Origin: Selaginella moellendorffii
Taxonomy: Eukaryota; Plantae; Lycopodiophyta
Reading direction: 5' to 3'
Assembly (NCBI RefSeq): GCF_000143415.4
Contig: NW_003314295.1
Location: forward strand, 310,001 to 374,000
DNA length: 64,000 bases
Positions 40,310-52,894 of the stretch are shown piece after piece (within the stretch, counting starts at the first letter, position 1; the number at the start of each line of letters is the position of its first letter). The position numbers were made by a program, and so were the translations under genes. Below the pieces are notes generated by a model. The model saw only the letters and a program-made list of their open reading frames with translations. It was not told the origin of the DNA and did no database searches.

Positions 40310-43300
40310 ATGCGGATCACCGTGTTTAAGGCGGAGAACACGACACGTACGTTTTTCTTCGTTCTTTTTCCCTCTATAACGTGTTTTTGGTGGTCTCAGA
40401 TAAGGGCCTTGTAGCTGCCGTCGGGTGGAATGTGACGAGTGACCTCTACTCTTGCGGTGATGACTACGCTATATGGTGCTGGAACAGGGATGGGAAGCCC
40501 ATTCTTAAGGTAGTGTCCTCATTTTTCTTTTCTAATAGCAACTGATAAATCTTGCGTACAGCTTGAGAACATAGACTCTATATCCACGGATTTGCAATGC
40601 TACCCTTTGACCTCGCACTGGAACCGGACTGGATCAGGGAGCGACATTTTTGTTGTTTCCTGCATTGACGGTGCGTTTGTTCATTATGTAACTTTAACAA
40701 TGAGATTTTCCAGGGTCGCTTCATATTTCTAATAGGACGGGGAAAGAAGAAAAAAGGGTCCAAGCTCATGCAGGGAGCATTCTGTGTGTTCGATGGAGTA
40801 CCGACGGTAGTACCAGACTCGTATGATTATGGGTTTTCTGTAACGTGATCAGCAGGATCGGCCTTAGCAACTGGTGGGGAGGACGGGATTGTAAAAATAT
40901 GGTCTTGCAGTGGAATGCTCCGATCTACTTTGGCACAAAGCCGTAAGTTTTATTTTTTTTCAATGGTTTCTAGTAATTTTCTGGCTCAGCTTGTCCAATC
41001 TACGCCCTTGCATGGAGTCCAAGCTCAGATCAGGTGTTGTTTGCTTGCCAGGGACGGTTGATTATCAAATCCTTCCAGGTAAACTACTCAGCTCCTAAGC
41101 GCGTAAAAATATGTTTTCCATTGCAGTCCTCAATCAAGGAGTCGCACTGGGATGGTCATAACGGACTGATTCTAGCGGTTGATTGGAATTATGCTTCGAA
41201 CCTTCTTACATCTGGCGGAGAAGATGGTGTCTATAAGGTATCTACAAGCTTTTACAAATGTTCTCACATTTATGTTTGCTATATAGGTTTGGGACTACCA
41301 TGGGAGAATGATCTATCAGAGTAGTAAAATTGACGATAGCATAACTTCGGTTGCCTGGTGTCCATCTGGGGAGTTCTTTGCCGTCGGCTCATTCAACACG
41401 TTGTGGCTTTGCGACAAGACGGGGGTACGTTCAAGTGGAGTTCTTCTTTGAGCTTACATATCAGCTTTTCAGTGGGTTCTCTGGAAGGAAAAGCTTTCAG
41501 CTGGGTCCGTTCTAAGAATTTCATGGAGTAACGACGGTGCGCAACTGGCTGGTGCCGGTGCGAATGGCTTTGTAGTATTCGGTCAGATCGTGGACAGGTA
41601 TTCTCTTTTCTTTTTATGTCTGTTTTTTTAGATGATAAAGACTGGCAGAAAACTAGAGTGGCTAAAACTGTCTGCGACGCTACGCGGTTGTGGACATTTG
41701 AGAGTTTATGTAAGTTTTTCCAAATTTTATGGCAAGCATGTTTAGGTGAAGCTCATATAGACAGGACATGGTGACTAATAATACGACTGACTTGGAGTTC
41801 TGTGACCGGGTTGTTCAATTTCGTCTGGAGTTTCGCCACTTGATCGTTGCGACTACTAACCAGGTAACTGAATCGTGACTACTGTGGCCACGCTAACAAT
41901 TTGGCATGACTTGCAGTGCTACATCTACTCGGTTTCAAATTTAAACGCTCCACACGTAATTGATGTCAAGTATGCCATCATTCTTATAAAATTATGCCAA
42001 AGGTACTTCATGATCATCGACAGTTTTGTGGGCTTGCAATTGTTCACCTATGATGGTCGGCATCTTTCAAGCCCAAAATGTCAAGGTATCTGTAAACACT
42101 GAAGTTTCTATCGACGTAGACATGTTTTTCTTGCAGGACTGCGACCAGAGTTTTTGCTCGAGCGCAATGTTGCTATTTCAACAGACACTGTGGCGTTTAT
42201 AGATACATCCGACCATAGATGTAGGTTGTCTACGAGACTTCTGTCATACCAGGTTCACAACTAAATTAAAATCAGTAGATCAGGTTTGTGTTTTGCCAGT
42301 CCATAAAACTGATTTGAAATCCTGCAGTAATTCGGTTTTTGGATGCGTCGACGGGAAAGCTTGCTGGTGAACCATTTCGACATACTGTTGAAATAAAAGA
42401 AATCGCCCTCAATCAAGTGGGAACTATCAGGAGAATTGCGTTTATTGACCGCAACCAAGACCTCTTTATAACTCCCGTATATGTAAGTTTGCAAGATTTT
42501 AGTTTTTCTCATAATCTCTAATGCTTCTGCCAGCACAAGCACGAGGTGTTTAAACTGGCTACTATTGTTGACAACGTGAGATGGAATGACGAGGCCGACA
42601 TAATCGCTGCTATCGCGGACCAGAAACTGATTGTATGGTATTGTCCATTGGCTGCTTTTGTTGATCGAGACCTTCTTCATCGAGTAAAAGTAATAAAAGA
42701 GTGGTAAGCGTTTTTCCTTCACTTTCTCTCGCTTTCTGCCATATTTCTATCTGATGCTACACGCAGTGATCTCGGCAAGAATCCAAAAATTCGAAGCTTT
42801 GTTACTTCTAGTTGCATCTTACGACGAACAGATGGAGCCATAGTTTCTTCGTACATATGCCCGTATCCGTTCGTTTTGTTCCAGCATGTGAACTCCAGAC
42901 AGTGGGAGTATGCGGCCCAGCTCTGTAGATTCGTAAAGGTTTGTCATCCCCGTGAAATTTTTTCTTAATAGCAAGATTGTGTGTGCTGCAGGAGGATTTA
43001 CTTTGGGCTTGCTTGGCAACGATGGCAGTCGATGCCCAGGAGCTGAACATTGCGGAAGAGGCTTATGCAGCTCTGGACGAGGTTTGCAGTTTTTATTTCG
43101 TGTATTGACGGCCACCTTAAGTGGAAACATTCAGGTGGATAAGGTGCAGTTTATGCTTTATCTGAAGGATCTTCCCGTAGAAGAAGCACGACAGGCAGAA
43201 CTTGCATTATTTAAAAGGCACCCGGACAAAGCCGAGTCGATTTTACTGCAAGCTGGGCTCACTTATCGGGCAATCCACATGAACTTAAAGCTCTTCAACT

Positions 43301-43612
43301 GGGACAGGTTGTTTTTTTTTCAATCTCAGGGTCACAAACTGACTGCCGTTTACAGAGCGCTAGAACTGGCTGTTTTGCACAAGGTCCACATTGACACGGT
43401 GATGTGGTACAGGCAGCACTACTTGATGCGGATCAAAGCTATTGAGACCAAGGAGCAGTTTTTGCACTTCAAGGATCAGGTCGGCTACAAGTAATTCGAT
43501 TGTCTTAACTGACCTTTGCCTGTATCAGGTGAAGATTGATCCCCAGAAAATCAACGCAAAGATTCACCAGGAAATGCTTCAGGAAGGTAGTAGACAAGCT
43601 GCTAGGAAATAA
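40310..43612 (+). CDS. IFT80: Intraflagellar transport protein 80 (WD40), many short exons
   Basis: [111 protein letters not shown]. Confidence 0.92.
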
Positions 43613-44053
43613 TGTTTCGTTTTATGCAACTTTGGTGTACTTTTCCTCGCGTAGCATTTGTATTCTAGGACAGTGCTTGCCGTCGTCATTGCGAGCTCAA
43701 AGGTAAGCAAGTATAGTTGTTTTGTAATGCGATAAATGGCATATGGTTGGATGACAAGCAGGGGTTAAATGGCTAACGCGTCGTGAGCATTGCCACGAAA
43801 CAAGAGGCGACTGTGTACGTTTTTCTGATTCGGCTATGTCATGATGCTAACTCTTGCCTTCTTTGCAGCATTTTTAGAGACACATTGGTTGTGAGCGCAT
43901 GCTTTAAGCGCAGGCAGAAGAAATTATCTCTACACTCCTCCATATCCTGCCACACCGATAGGCCTTCATCATTGCGAGCTACATCTCTGTTTGTGAGCTT
44001 AGGGTTCATGGTAGATGACACGAACATGAGATACCAGCGATGGGAGCTTGAGC

Positions 44054-46620
44054 ATGACAAGCAGGATCGCATTCCAATGCCCAACACGTTTTTACCTCGA
44101 GCGTTGCAAGACCGTAAGTATCTCTCCTTCCGCAGCTGTTCCAATGCAAACTCTTGCCGTGTTTTGCAGCTTTCTCTCGGTGCGCGCCTCAACCCATTGA
44201 GAAACACTGTAGCTCCGGAAACGCGGGTCTTTGCCAGCGTCCCAGTTTTGCTCGCCGCCCTCAAAGCATGCAGCGTTTCCAGGGACCTCGAAAGTGGCAG
44301 ACGAGTTCACCGGTTTTCTGGCCAAGTCGCGGACATTTACGTCTCCAACACTCTGATCGACATGTACGCGAGGTGCGGAAGCATGGTAGATGCTCGCAAC
44401 ATCTTCGACAGCATGGAGTCTCCGGACTTGGTGTCTTGGAACGCTCTGATCCGGGGCTATGCCACCAACGGGGAAGGGAGATTGGGTCTCGAGCTTTTCT
44501 CACGCATGACTTGCGAACCGGACGCTCGCAGCTTTGTGGCAGCGCTCATGGCCTGCTCGAGCCAGACAGCCAAGGAGAATGGTGGCAGGCGAGATAACAC
44601 GGAGAAGACGCTTCGGTGCTTGCAAGAAGGAAGAGAGATCCACGCTCGAGCTCGAAAGGCCGGTTCGGCATCCAACGTTTTCGTGGCCAGCGCTCTCGTC
44701 GATATGTACGCGAAGTGTGGGAGCGTCACCGAGGCCCGGCTGGTTTTCGATGGCCTGAAAGACCGGAACGTTGTCTCGTGGACGTCTTTGATGCTGGGAT
44801 ACGTGGACAACGGCGAGCCCGAGCAGGCTCTGGATTTGTTTCAACGCATGCAGCACCACTGCTCCGGGTGTCCGCCAAACTCTCGGACTTTCGTCGCGGC
44901 TCTCATGGCCTGTGCCAGCCTTGGAGCAAAGTCGGACGTAAGAGAGCTCAAGCTGGAGTGGCTCAACCAGGGAGCTTTGATTCACAGTCAGGCGGTGAAG
45001 CACGGGTTTGGATCGGACGTGTTCGTGGCGAGCTCGCTGGTGGACATGTACTCCAAGTGCGGGGGACTCTCCAGTGCCATCGACGTCTTCGAGAGCACTC
45101 GGCACCGAGACGTGATTCTCTGGAACGCGATGATACAGGGATATGTGGAGGCTGGGGACGATGAGTCGGCTCTAGAGCTGTTTAGCAGGATGGACACTAG
45201 CACGGGAGGGTGCAAGCCGGACGCTCGAACTTACGTTGCCGTTTTGATGGCATGCTCGAGCTTGGGAGCCGAAGAGGAAGCGGATGGAAAGCTTGTCAAG
45301 TCCAGGAGCTTGAGCCGGGGTGTGGCTCTTCACCGTCAGGCTTGCAAGTATGCGTTTGAGTCGGACAAGTTTGTGGCGAGCAGCTTGGTCGACATGTACA
45401 CGACTTGTGGGAGCCTGGCTGACGCTCGAGCAGTCTTTGACAAGATCTTACATCCGGACGTGGTGCTGTGGAACGCGCTGATGCTGGGCTATGTGCAAAA
45501 CGGAGCGAGCGAGGAGGCTCTACGCCTGTTCTCTCGCTTGCAAGGACCAGACCCAAGAAGCTACGTCGCCGCTTTCATGGCCTGCGCGAGCTTGGCGGAG
45601 AAGGAAGAAGGCCAAGAGGTGAGAGAAGAGTTTGTGAAGCTGAGACAGCTTGAGCAAGGCATGGCGATTCACGCCCAGGCTCGAGAAAGAGGATGTGATA
45701 CCGATATGTTCGTGGCAAGCAGCCTGGTGGAGATGTACTCCAAGTGTGGAAGTTTGGGTGACGCTCGGCTGGTTTTCGATAGAATGAAGCATCACGACGT
45801 GGTACTTTGGACGGCACTCGTCTCGGGATACGCGGAGAACGGTCACGTCGAGATTGCTCTAGGGCTCGTCGAACTAATCCAGTCCCGGGGCTGCGAGCCA
45901 AACTCTCGGACTTTCATCGCTGCACTGGTCGCTTGCGGCAGCGTGCCATCGCTAGAAGCTGGCAAAGAGCTCCACGCAAGGATTTGCAGGCTGGGACTGG
46001 AAGCCGGGACGTACGTAGCAAGCTCTCTCGTGGATCTCTACGGCAAGTGCGCTCGCCTCGACGATGCTGAGCGCGTCTTTGAGTCACTGGCGAGCAGGAA
46101 GCTCGTGGTGACTTGGAGCTCGCTCATGGCGAGCTACAGCCGGCAGGGAGACACGGTCAGAGTGCTGGAGCTGTTTGAGAGAATGCTCGACGAAGGCTTG
46201 CGAGGTGATCGTATCACTTTCGTTTTGATTCTTACGTCGTGTAGCCATGCTGGCCTGGTTGACACAGGGAAGCGCTACTTTGGGGACATGAAGCAAAAGT
46301 ATGGTGTCGAGCCGGACTTGGAACACTACCACTGCGTGGTCGATTTGCTGGCGCGAGCAAACCATCTGGACGAGGCACTGGAGTTTGTCAAGGGAATGCC
46401 GGTGGAGGCCAACCTCGTGACTTGGAAGACAGTGCTGGCCGGGTGTAAGAAGTGGAACAACTTGGAGATTGGACGCGCTGCTTTCCAGAGCGCTGTTGAC
46501 TTGGATCCCAGGCACGAAGCGAGCTACGTCTTGATGGCCAACTTGTATGGGAGCTTGGGAATGTGGGAGGAGCAACTCAGGACGCTGGAGCTTAAGGAAG
46601 CCACGAAAGTGATCAAGTAA
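44054..46620 (+). CDS. PLS-class PPR protein with E1/E2, no DYW
   Basis: Long PLS array. Proposed first exon MTSRIAFQCPTRFYLERCKT with a phase-0 intron at 44114-44169. The unspliced ORF is open from 43783, so the start is uncertain. Confidence 0.9.
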
Positions 46621-46730
46621 GCGAAAACTTCCGGTTGATTGATTTGTGACTGTTTCTTATGTTTCCAGGTCTAAAACGATCCCAGCAAGTCTCCAAGGTT
46701 GCATTTAGAATGGATCAAAGAACTTGCGTG

Positions 46731-46802
46731 GGAACTCGGGAATGTGGGAGGAGCAACTTAGGACTCCAGAGCTCAAGGAAGCCACCAAAGTGATCAAGTA
46801 AG
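46731..46802 (+). repeat. Local duplication of the PPR 3' end
   Basis: gggaatgtgggaggagcaact...aagtgatcaagtaa repeats 46557-46620. Confidence 0.85.
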
Positions 46803-47089
46803 TGATTACGTTCTTAAGAGATTCTAGCTCAGGGTGCTGGAGTTTAAAATGAAAGCGATTGATCTGTGGATGTTTCCAGGTCCACGCCAGTTTCCAAGGT
46901 TGCCTCTAGAATGGAGACAGCTACTAGAAAGATACGATTCCTGTTATTTGCATGCCGACCGTCGGATGGGCTTCATCCGACGGCGTAGGATGCAGCATTT
47001 GGACGTACTACTAGACCGGACGCCCGCTCTCTCAACGAGGTTTTTCCTTCTTCCAAGCCACGGGAAGCAAGAAGAGCGAGAGCGCAGCT

Positions 47090-48233
47090 ATGGAGTCGAG
47101 CGGCAGCGGCGAAGCTCATCCATCTGGTCAGAGCTTTTCTCGCTCTATCTCTCTCCCTCTCTTTTCTTCGTTTCTGCTTAAAGTTTATATTTTTGTTCGA
47201 GTGTATCTTCACAGGTTCTTACGAGGGAGACAGTCCTCCGCCGAGTTACATCCCCTCCAATCGGCAGCGGCAGCGGCGGAATCGCGAGCAGCTGCCCGGT
47301 TCGCAGGAAGCACTCCAAGCCGCGCAGGAGTACCAGCAACAGCTCCCAAGGAACAGTCGTAGCACTGTGAAAGTCTTAAATCAGTGCTGTGTGAGTGGCA
47401 CATTCGTTATGGTAAGCATGTTTTCCACGCTTACGATATCTTCACAAGAAATTGCTAATCGTTCTTTCTTCTTTTTTCTTTTTCCGCAGACTCTTCCTTC
47501 GAACTACTGCAAGAAGATGATGCCGCGGGGGAGAGCCCCGGTCCTCGTCCGCGACAAGAGTGGCCACCAGTGGGTGATGAAATGGAACTGGACGATGCAG
47601 CCAGTGATTGGTGCCGGATGGAAAGCATTCTGCGTCCATCACGAACTCGTCAAGGGGGACGTGCTCGTCTTCCAAAAGGAGAACATCTCCTCCAAGACGA
47701 TAACTTTCCACGTTGAGATCTTCAAGCGCCGCAAGTTCGCCAATGGCACAGTGGTCATGAACAACGGGACCAACATGGCGCTGCCCCTGCCAAAGAAAGA
47801 AGAAGAGCTGGAGATTGAGATCGAAGAACTCGATGGAGGAGCCACCGGAGAAGACGCCCACGACCACGACGTCGTCAAGCGCAATCCCGGCCGCCCCAAG
47901 AGGACGACGAGGCCGCCGAGGAGAGAATGGATGGAGAACTCGCCATCGTGCGACCAGGACGACGAGGAGAGAGGGACGGGAGGCGCAGAGGAGGAGCGCG
48001 AGCCAGTGGTGGCGCTGGTGTTCAAGAAGACGAGGTCGGCAGCCGAGTCCGAGGAGCTCGGGGTGACCGTAAAGATGCACGGGAGCAAGCTCGAGCGCAT
48101 GACTAGGAGCCTGCTGGGCTCGCCCGGAGCGATCGTGCAGGGCAGCTTCGATGGATCGCTCAAGGCTAAAGCATCCGAAGAAGAGCTGAGGAAGGTCCTG
48201 CGCCTGGCATTTCCTCACTATGATGCCTTCTAG
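47090..48233 (+). CDS. B3-domain (REM-like) DNA-binding protein, 3 exons
   Basis: KVLNQCCVSGTFVM/TLPSNYCKKMM...VRDKSGHQW...IGAGWKAFCVHHELVKGDVLVF...FHVEIF, followed by an acidic linker and a C-terminal domain. Confidence 0.85.
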
Positions 48234-49855
48234 TGGAAAACTGATAAGAACTGATGTCTTGAGATGTATTTTAACTTAGAAATGTATTTTCCTTTTACAC
48301 AACAACTATTGGAGCAATCTATTTCACTAAACGAAGAAATCTTGGTTTTGGTGGTGGCAACTGTGATGGCGGGTCCTTGTCCTTGCTAGATTTGCTTTTT
48401 GAATCTTTGGGACAACTTTTGGACGTGCTAGCCTCCACTGCATTGATGCTCCCCATTGCACTACTTGTCGATGGATCTTAGGTTATATACAAACTGAAAA
48501 GGGTTGAGACAAAGGGAGGCATATATAACTTTGACAACTTGTCAGTACGAATGTTCTTTATTTTATTCTGGTCTAAGCTGTTTTGGGTTACTTATAATTT
48601 ATGGTCATACCTTCATTTATAAGAAAATGAAAAATATATTATGATTTAGTATTTGCTAAAGTAAATATGAATTTTTTGATTAATGATTAAAAATATTAAG
48701 AACTAGGTATATCTCTATTAAAAATATTATGCATATAATCACTTTCCAATACATATGATTTTAATTTTCCATTTCTCTAATACAAGATATAATGCACCTT
48801 ATCTCTCTCCTTCTAAACTAACTGAAAAATGGGCAATTGTTTAATGAGAGAGTCTTTAATAGTTATTTTATCCTTATTTATTCCCCAAAGTTTTAAAGAT
48901 CCATGGTAACAATATATACATGCACTACATTTCTCATGGCTTAAAGGTGTAATGCACCTTAATATAAACACTCTACTTCAATTTATTTATTGCACTTTTC
49001 ATTTTGTAATCTATTTGCAGCACAATGCTTCACTTTAGTGTAGCAGAAAGTGTGATTAATTAGAAAGCACAATCAATTGGAGTGTGGTGGTGAGTGTAAT
49101 TAATTGGAGTGTGGCAACAAGTGCAATTAATTGAAGCACATTGGCAAGTTAGATTGATTGGAATGTAAGGGCAAAACAATTCTTTGATCTTCTTTTAATT
49201 TTGTAGCTTTCTCTAGTGTTCACTCATGCAAAAATTTTTTCATTTGTTGCAAAATCATTAGTTTGCAAAGCATTTTTCATTACTTTTATTAAAGAGAGTG
49301 CCTAAAGAGCCCACAAAATTTTCAAATCTAGCTTGCATATTGAAAAATATCACAAAAACAAAATCTAGCATGGAAACATAAAAAATTGTATACATAGCAT
49401 TAATTTGAATTTTGTCATGGATATGTAACAAACACCTATGCATAAGAAAAAAGTTTTGCTTAAATATTATTTTGTGAATCACATACGTGTGTCACAACAA
49501 TTTAAGCACATATATGTTTTATTTTTATATATTTTGCAAGCGTGCAAATTTTTGTACAAGGTTATCCACCCCAAAATACTCAGAATTTAATAGTGTAAAT
49601 GCATTAAATTAAAATATATTAAAACTTAAACATGATAATATAAAGATTTTTAACTAAAAATTTAGAAATAATATAGTAAATTTTTATTAAATTATTTATT
49701 TCATCTTCTCTTCTAATAAAAAATTATGCTTTATATTTTTATAAAAAATTCTTTAGCATACTTAATATTTATACATTATTTCTAGAATCATAATTTTCAA
49801 ATTCTTGAAGTGGCACATAAATCATTCTCAAGTTTTGGATCAAATTTCATCCATT

Positions 49856-51034
49856 CTAGAAGGGAGTGGCATCGTAGAGAGGAAATGCCAGGTTGAGGAT
49901 CTTCCTCAGCTCTTCCTTGGACACTTTAGCCTTGAGCGATCCAGTGGAGCTCCCCTCCACGATTGATCCAGGCGAGCCCAGCACACTCCTACACATGCGC
50001 TGGAGCTTGCTCCCCTGCATCTTGAAGCTCATCCCAAGCTCCTCGGACTCGGCTGCCGACCTCGTCTTTTTGAGCACCAGCGCCACCACTGGCTCGTGGC
50101 GCTGCTGCCGCCGCTCCTCCGCCGCCTCTTCTCCGCCTCCCATCCCTTCTGCCACTCCCTCCTCCTCCTCGCCCGCCACCTCCTGGTTGCACGAGTGTGA
50201 GTTCTCCACCCATTCTCTCCTCAGGAGCCCCCTCGTCCTCTTGGGATTGCGCTCGAAGACGTCGTAGTCATGGACGTCTCCTCCGGTGGCTACTCCGCCG
50301 AGTTCTTCGATCTCGATCTCCAGCCCGTCTGGTTCTTTCTTTGGCGGGAGCAACACTATGTTGGCGGCGTTGGCGCGATCACTGGCGCTTGAATATCTCG
50401 ACGCGGAACGTGATCATCTCGGAGGAGGAGTTCTCCTTTTGGAAGACGAGGACGTCTCCCTTGACGAGTTCGTGATGGACGCAGAAGGCTTTCCACCCGG
50501 CACCGATCACTGGCTGCATCGTCCAGTTCCATCTCATCCTCCATTGGTGACCACTCCGGTCGCGGACGATCACCTCGGCTCTCCCGTGCGGCATCATCTT
50601 CTTGCAGTAGTTCGAAGGAAGAGTCTGCAGAAAAAAAAATAAAGAAGAAAAGAAAGTTTTTTGTGAAGATATCGAAGGGAAAAAAGACAAAGATAGCGAA
50701 ACATAAACCTCGAGCTTGTTCTTCGCTTACCATAACGTATGTGCCGCTCACACAGCACTGGTTCAAGACTTTAATGGTGCTGCGACTCTTCTTTGCAAGA
50801 TGTTGCTGGTACTCCTGCGCGGCTTGGAGCGCTTCGTGCGAACCTGGCAGCTCCTCGCGATTCCGCCGCTGCCGCTGCTGATTGGAGGGGATGTAACTCG
50901 ACAGAGGACTGTCTTCCTCGTAAGAACCTGCGAAGATACGCTCGAACAAATATAAGAAACGAAGTGATGAGAGAAAAAAAGCGAGAAGGAAAGCTCTGGC
51001 CAGATGGATAAGCTTCGCCGCCGCTCGACTCCAT
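49856..51034 (-). pseudogene. B3 paralog, frameshifted just after the B3 domain (stop at 50379-50381)
   Basis: Same exon structure as 47090-48233. Reads FRVEIFKRQ*, and the C-terminal domain continues in another frame (49856-50356). Confidence 0.75.
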
Positions 51035-51329
51035 AGCTGCGCTCTCGCTCTTCTTCTCGCTTGCTGAAGGAAAAACCTCGCTGAGAGAGCGTCCGGTCTA
51101 CTAGTACGTCCCAATGATGAATGATCCTGCGCCGTCGGATTTTCTCCATCCGACGGCCACCATTCACGTACGAGGAAAGAAAATGCTCGTATCTTTCCAG
51201 TAGCCGTCGCTTTCCATTTCGTGATCTTTGCTCCATTCTAGAGGCAACCTTGGAGACTTGCTTGGATGGCTTTGCATTAATAAAAAATCCACAGTACCAA
51301 TCAAAACTTCAGCTCTAAAGAGGCGAGAT

Positions 51330-52791
51330 TATCACCTTCCAGGTATCGAGTGTGTTCTTCGTTTCTATAGATGATATTACGCGGATCCAATAACTCGGAG
51401 CCATTCGTCACTCAAAACACCTTCCACAGTGTTATACGATTTGCCTAACAGTCCCTTTATGAGAGCTTGAAGGGCCTGACTGGTTAGAAGACGAGGATAA
51501 TGCTTATGCATCAACGACCCAGCATTTTCCATCCCTACTGTGCACACGCCTTCTAGATCAACTTTCTTCGCTCGTAGTCATACAAGCATTAGCTGGTCGA
51601 ATGTCGCGATGCACCAAGCCTGCACAGCCACATGAAACTACAAGCTCCCAAAGATAGACGAGCCTCAACAGCACCATGTAAGGCCTTTAAAGCCTTGCGA
51701 ATGCCAAGCACCATCTGTCGCAGCTCGTCTTCCGAAACAGGCTCTCGCACGGCAAGAAGAGGAACAGTCATAACCATGCATGCTCGAGGAGCCTGATCGT
51801 TCTTCGTTTCTTGGAGGAGGAATCACGGTCAGCAGTCGATGACACCGGATTCAACAGTTGCTCACATTCACTCCTGGTCCTGAATTTGGGCCCTTCGACA
51901 CTGCCAACGAGGTGTTTCCCACATTTGGGAGCCAGCGTGTAGGCCTGGAAGACATCTTCGCAGTTGACGCCCCACTCGTTGCAGTAATCGTTCCAGTTCC
52001 ATATCACCTTGAGCACACCGTCATGGGTCAGCATCAGAGAGCTCATATCTCGATCAATCAGTGCATTCAGCTTGTACCTGATAGCAATACAACTGTCGGC
52101 CAAACTTCACACTTCCCCGGCTCCGATGGCAGCAAGCATTCCATGGAGCTTGATACAAGTTGAGGACTGGAGTCAGCAGAGTCAGAATGGCTGCTCCTGC
52201 TTAATAAAAAGAGAGCAAAGTGATGGTCGACAAAACGAAACCGATCTTATGAGCTACCTGAGGATTGATTTGTACAGTGAAAAACTGGAGATGAGGTCCC
52301 GGCACGGCATAGCAAGAAACTGCCACTGGTAGAGTTGAGACTTTGTCCGTCAACAAGGATTTCACTACCTCAAACTCAGCGTCCTCCCGCACTTCCCCGT
52401 ACATGACAATCTCATGCCACTCCAGTTGTCAATGCAGATCAAAGTCAAAATGAGCTTGAGCTTCTTGTTCTCCCCTTACTTCTTGAAGTGTGCGATTGGG
52501 CTGGTGTTCATTGCATCTAAAACGTGCCAGGTGCTGTGATTTCCGGGCTTCTGATCCGGGGAGAAGAGATCACATCGCTCCAGGAGGTCCAGATTGCCTG
52601 CTCCACTGCTTCGGTAGTATTCCCCTATCTCGCTGGGCAATTCAAGCCAGGGAACCTTGCCCGTGAGGTATGTGGCCACTTCACAACCGGCAATATGCCA
52701 AGAGCTCCGGCGCCTCACTCACGGTAGCGTTGGCGATGCCAATGTGGAGGAATTCGGTCGCCGATAGAGGAGAACGAATCTTCCCCGTCAT
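51330..52791 (-). pseudogene. Crinkler-like REase + protein kinase pseudogene
   Basis: IRKALKALHG/GLVHRDIRPAN kinase loop at about 51590-51690. Upstream segment VMYGEVRE..KSLLTDK..LPVAVSCYAVPGPHLQFF. Multiple stops. Confidence 0.5.
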
Positions 52792-52894
52792 CCCCGTCAC
52801 AAGCCGCTCTAGCAGGGAAACCTTTTATTGACTGCTATTGACTGGGCATTGACTGGGCCGTTAGCTCGCCTGCTCTGTGTGATCCTCTTCTTCC

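Noticed and set aside
43783-44053. 945-aa ORF start for the third PPR
   Set aside because: It starts at GTG. A spliced model from the ATG at 44054 gives a plausible transit peptide.
49050-49170. Spaced aattaattggagtgtgg-like repeats as a CRISPR-like array
   Set aside because: Degenerate, few units with very short spacing, eukaryotic context and no cas genes. More likely a TE remnant.
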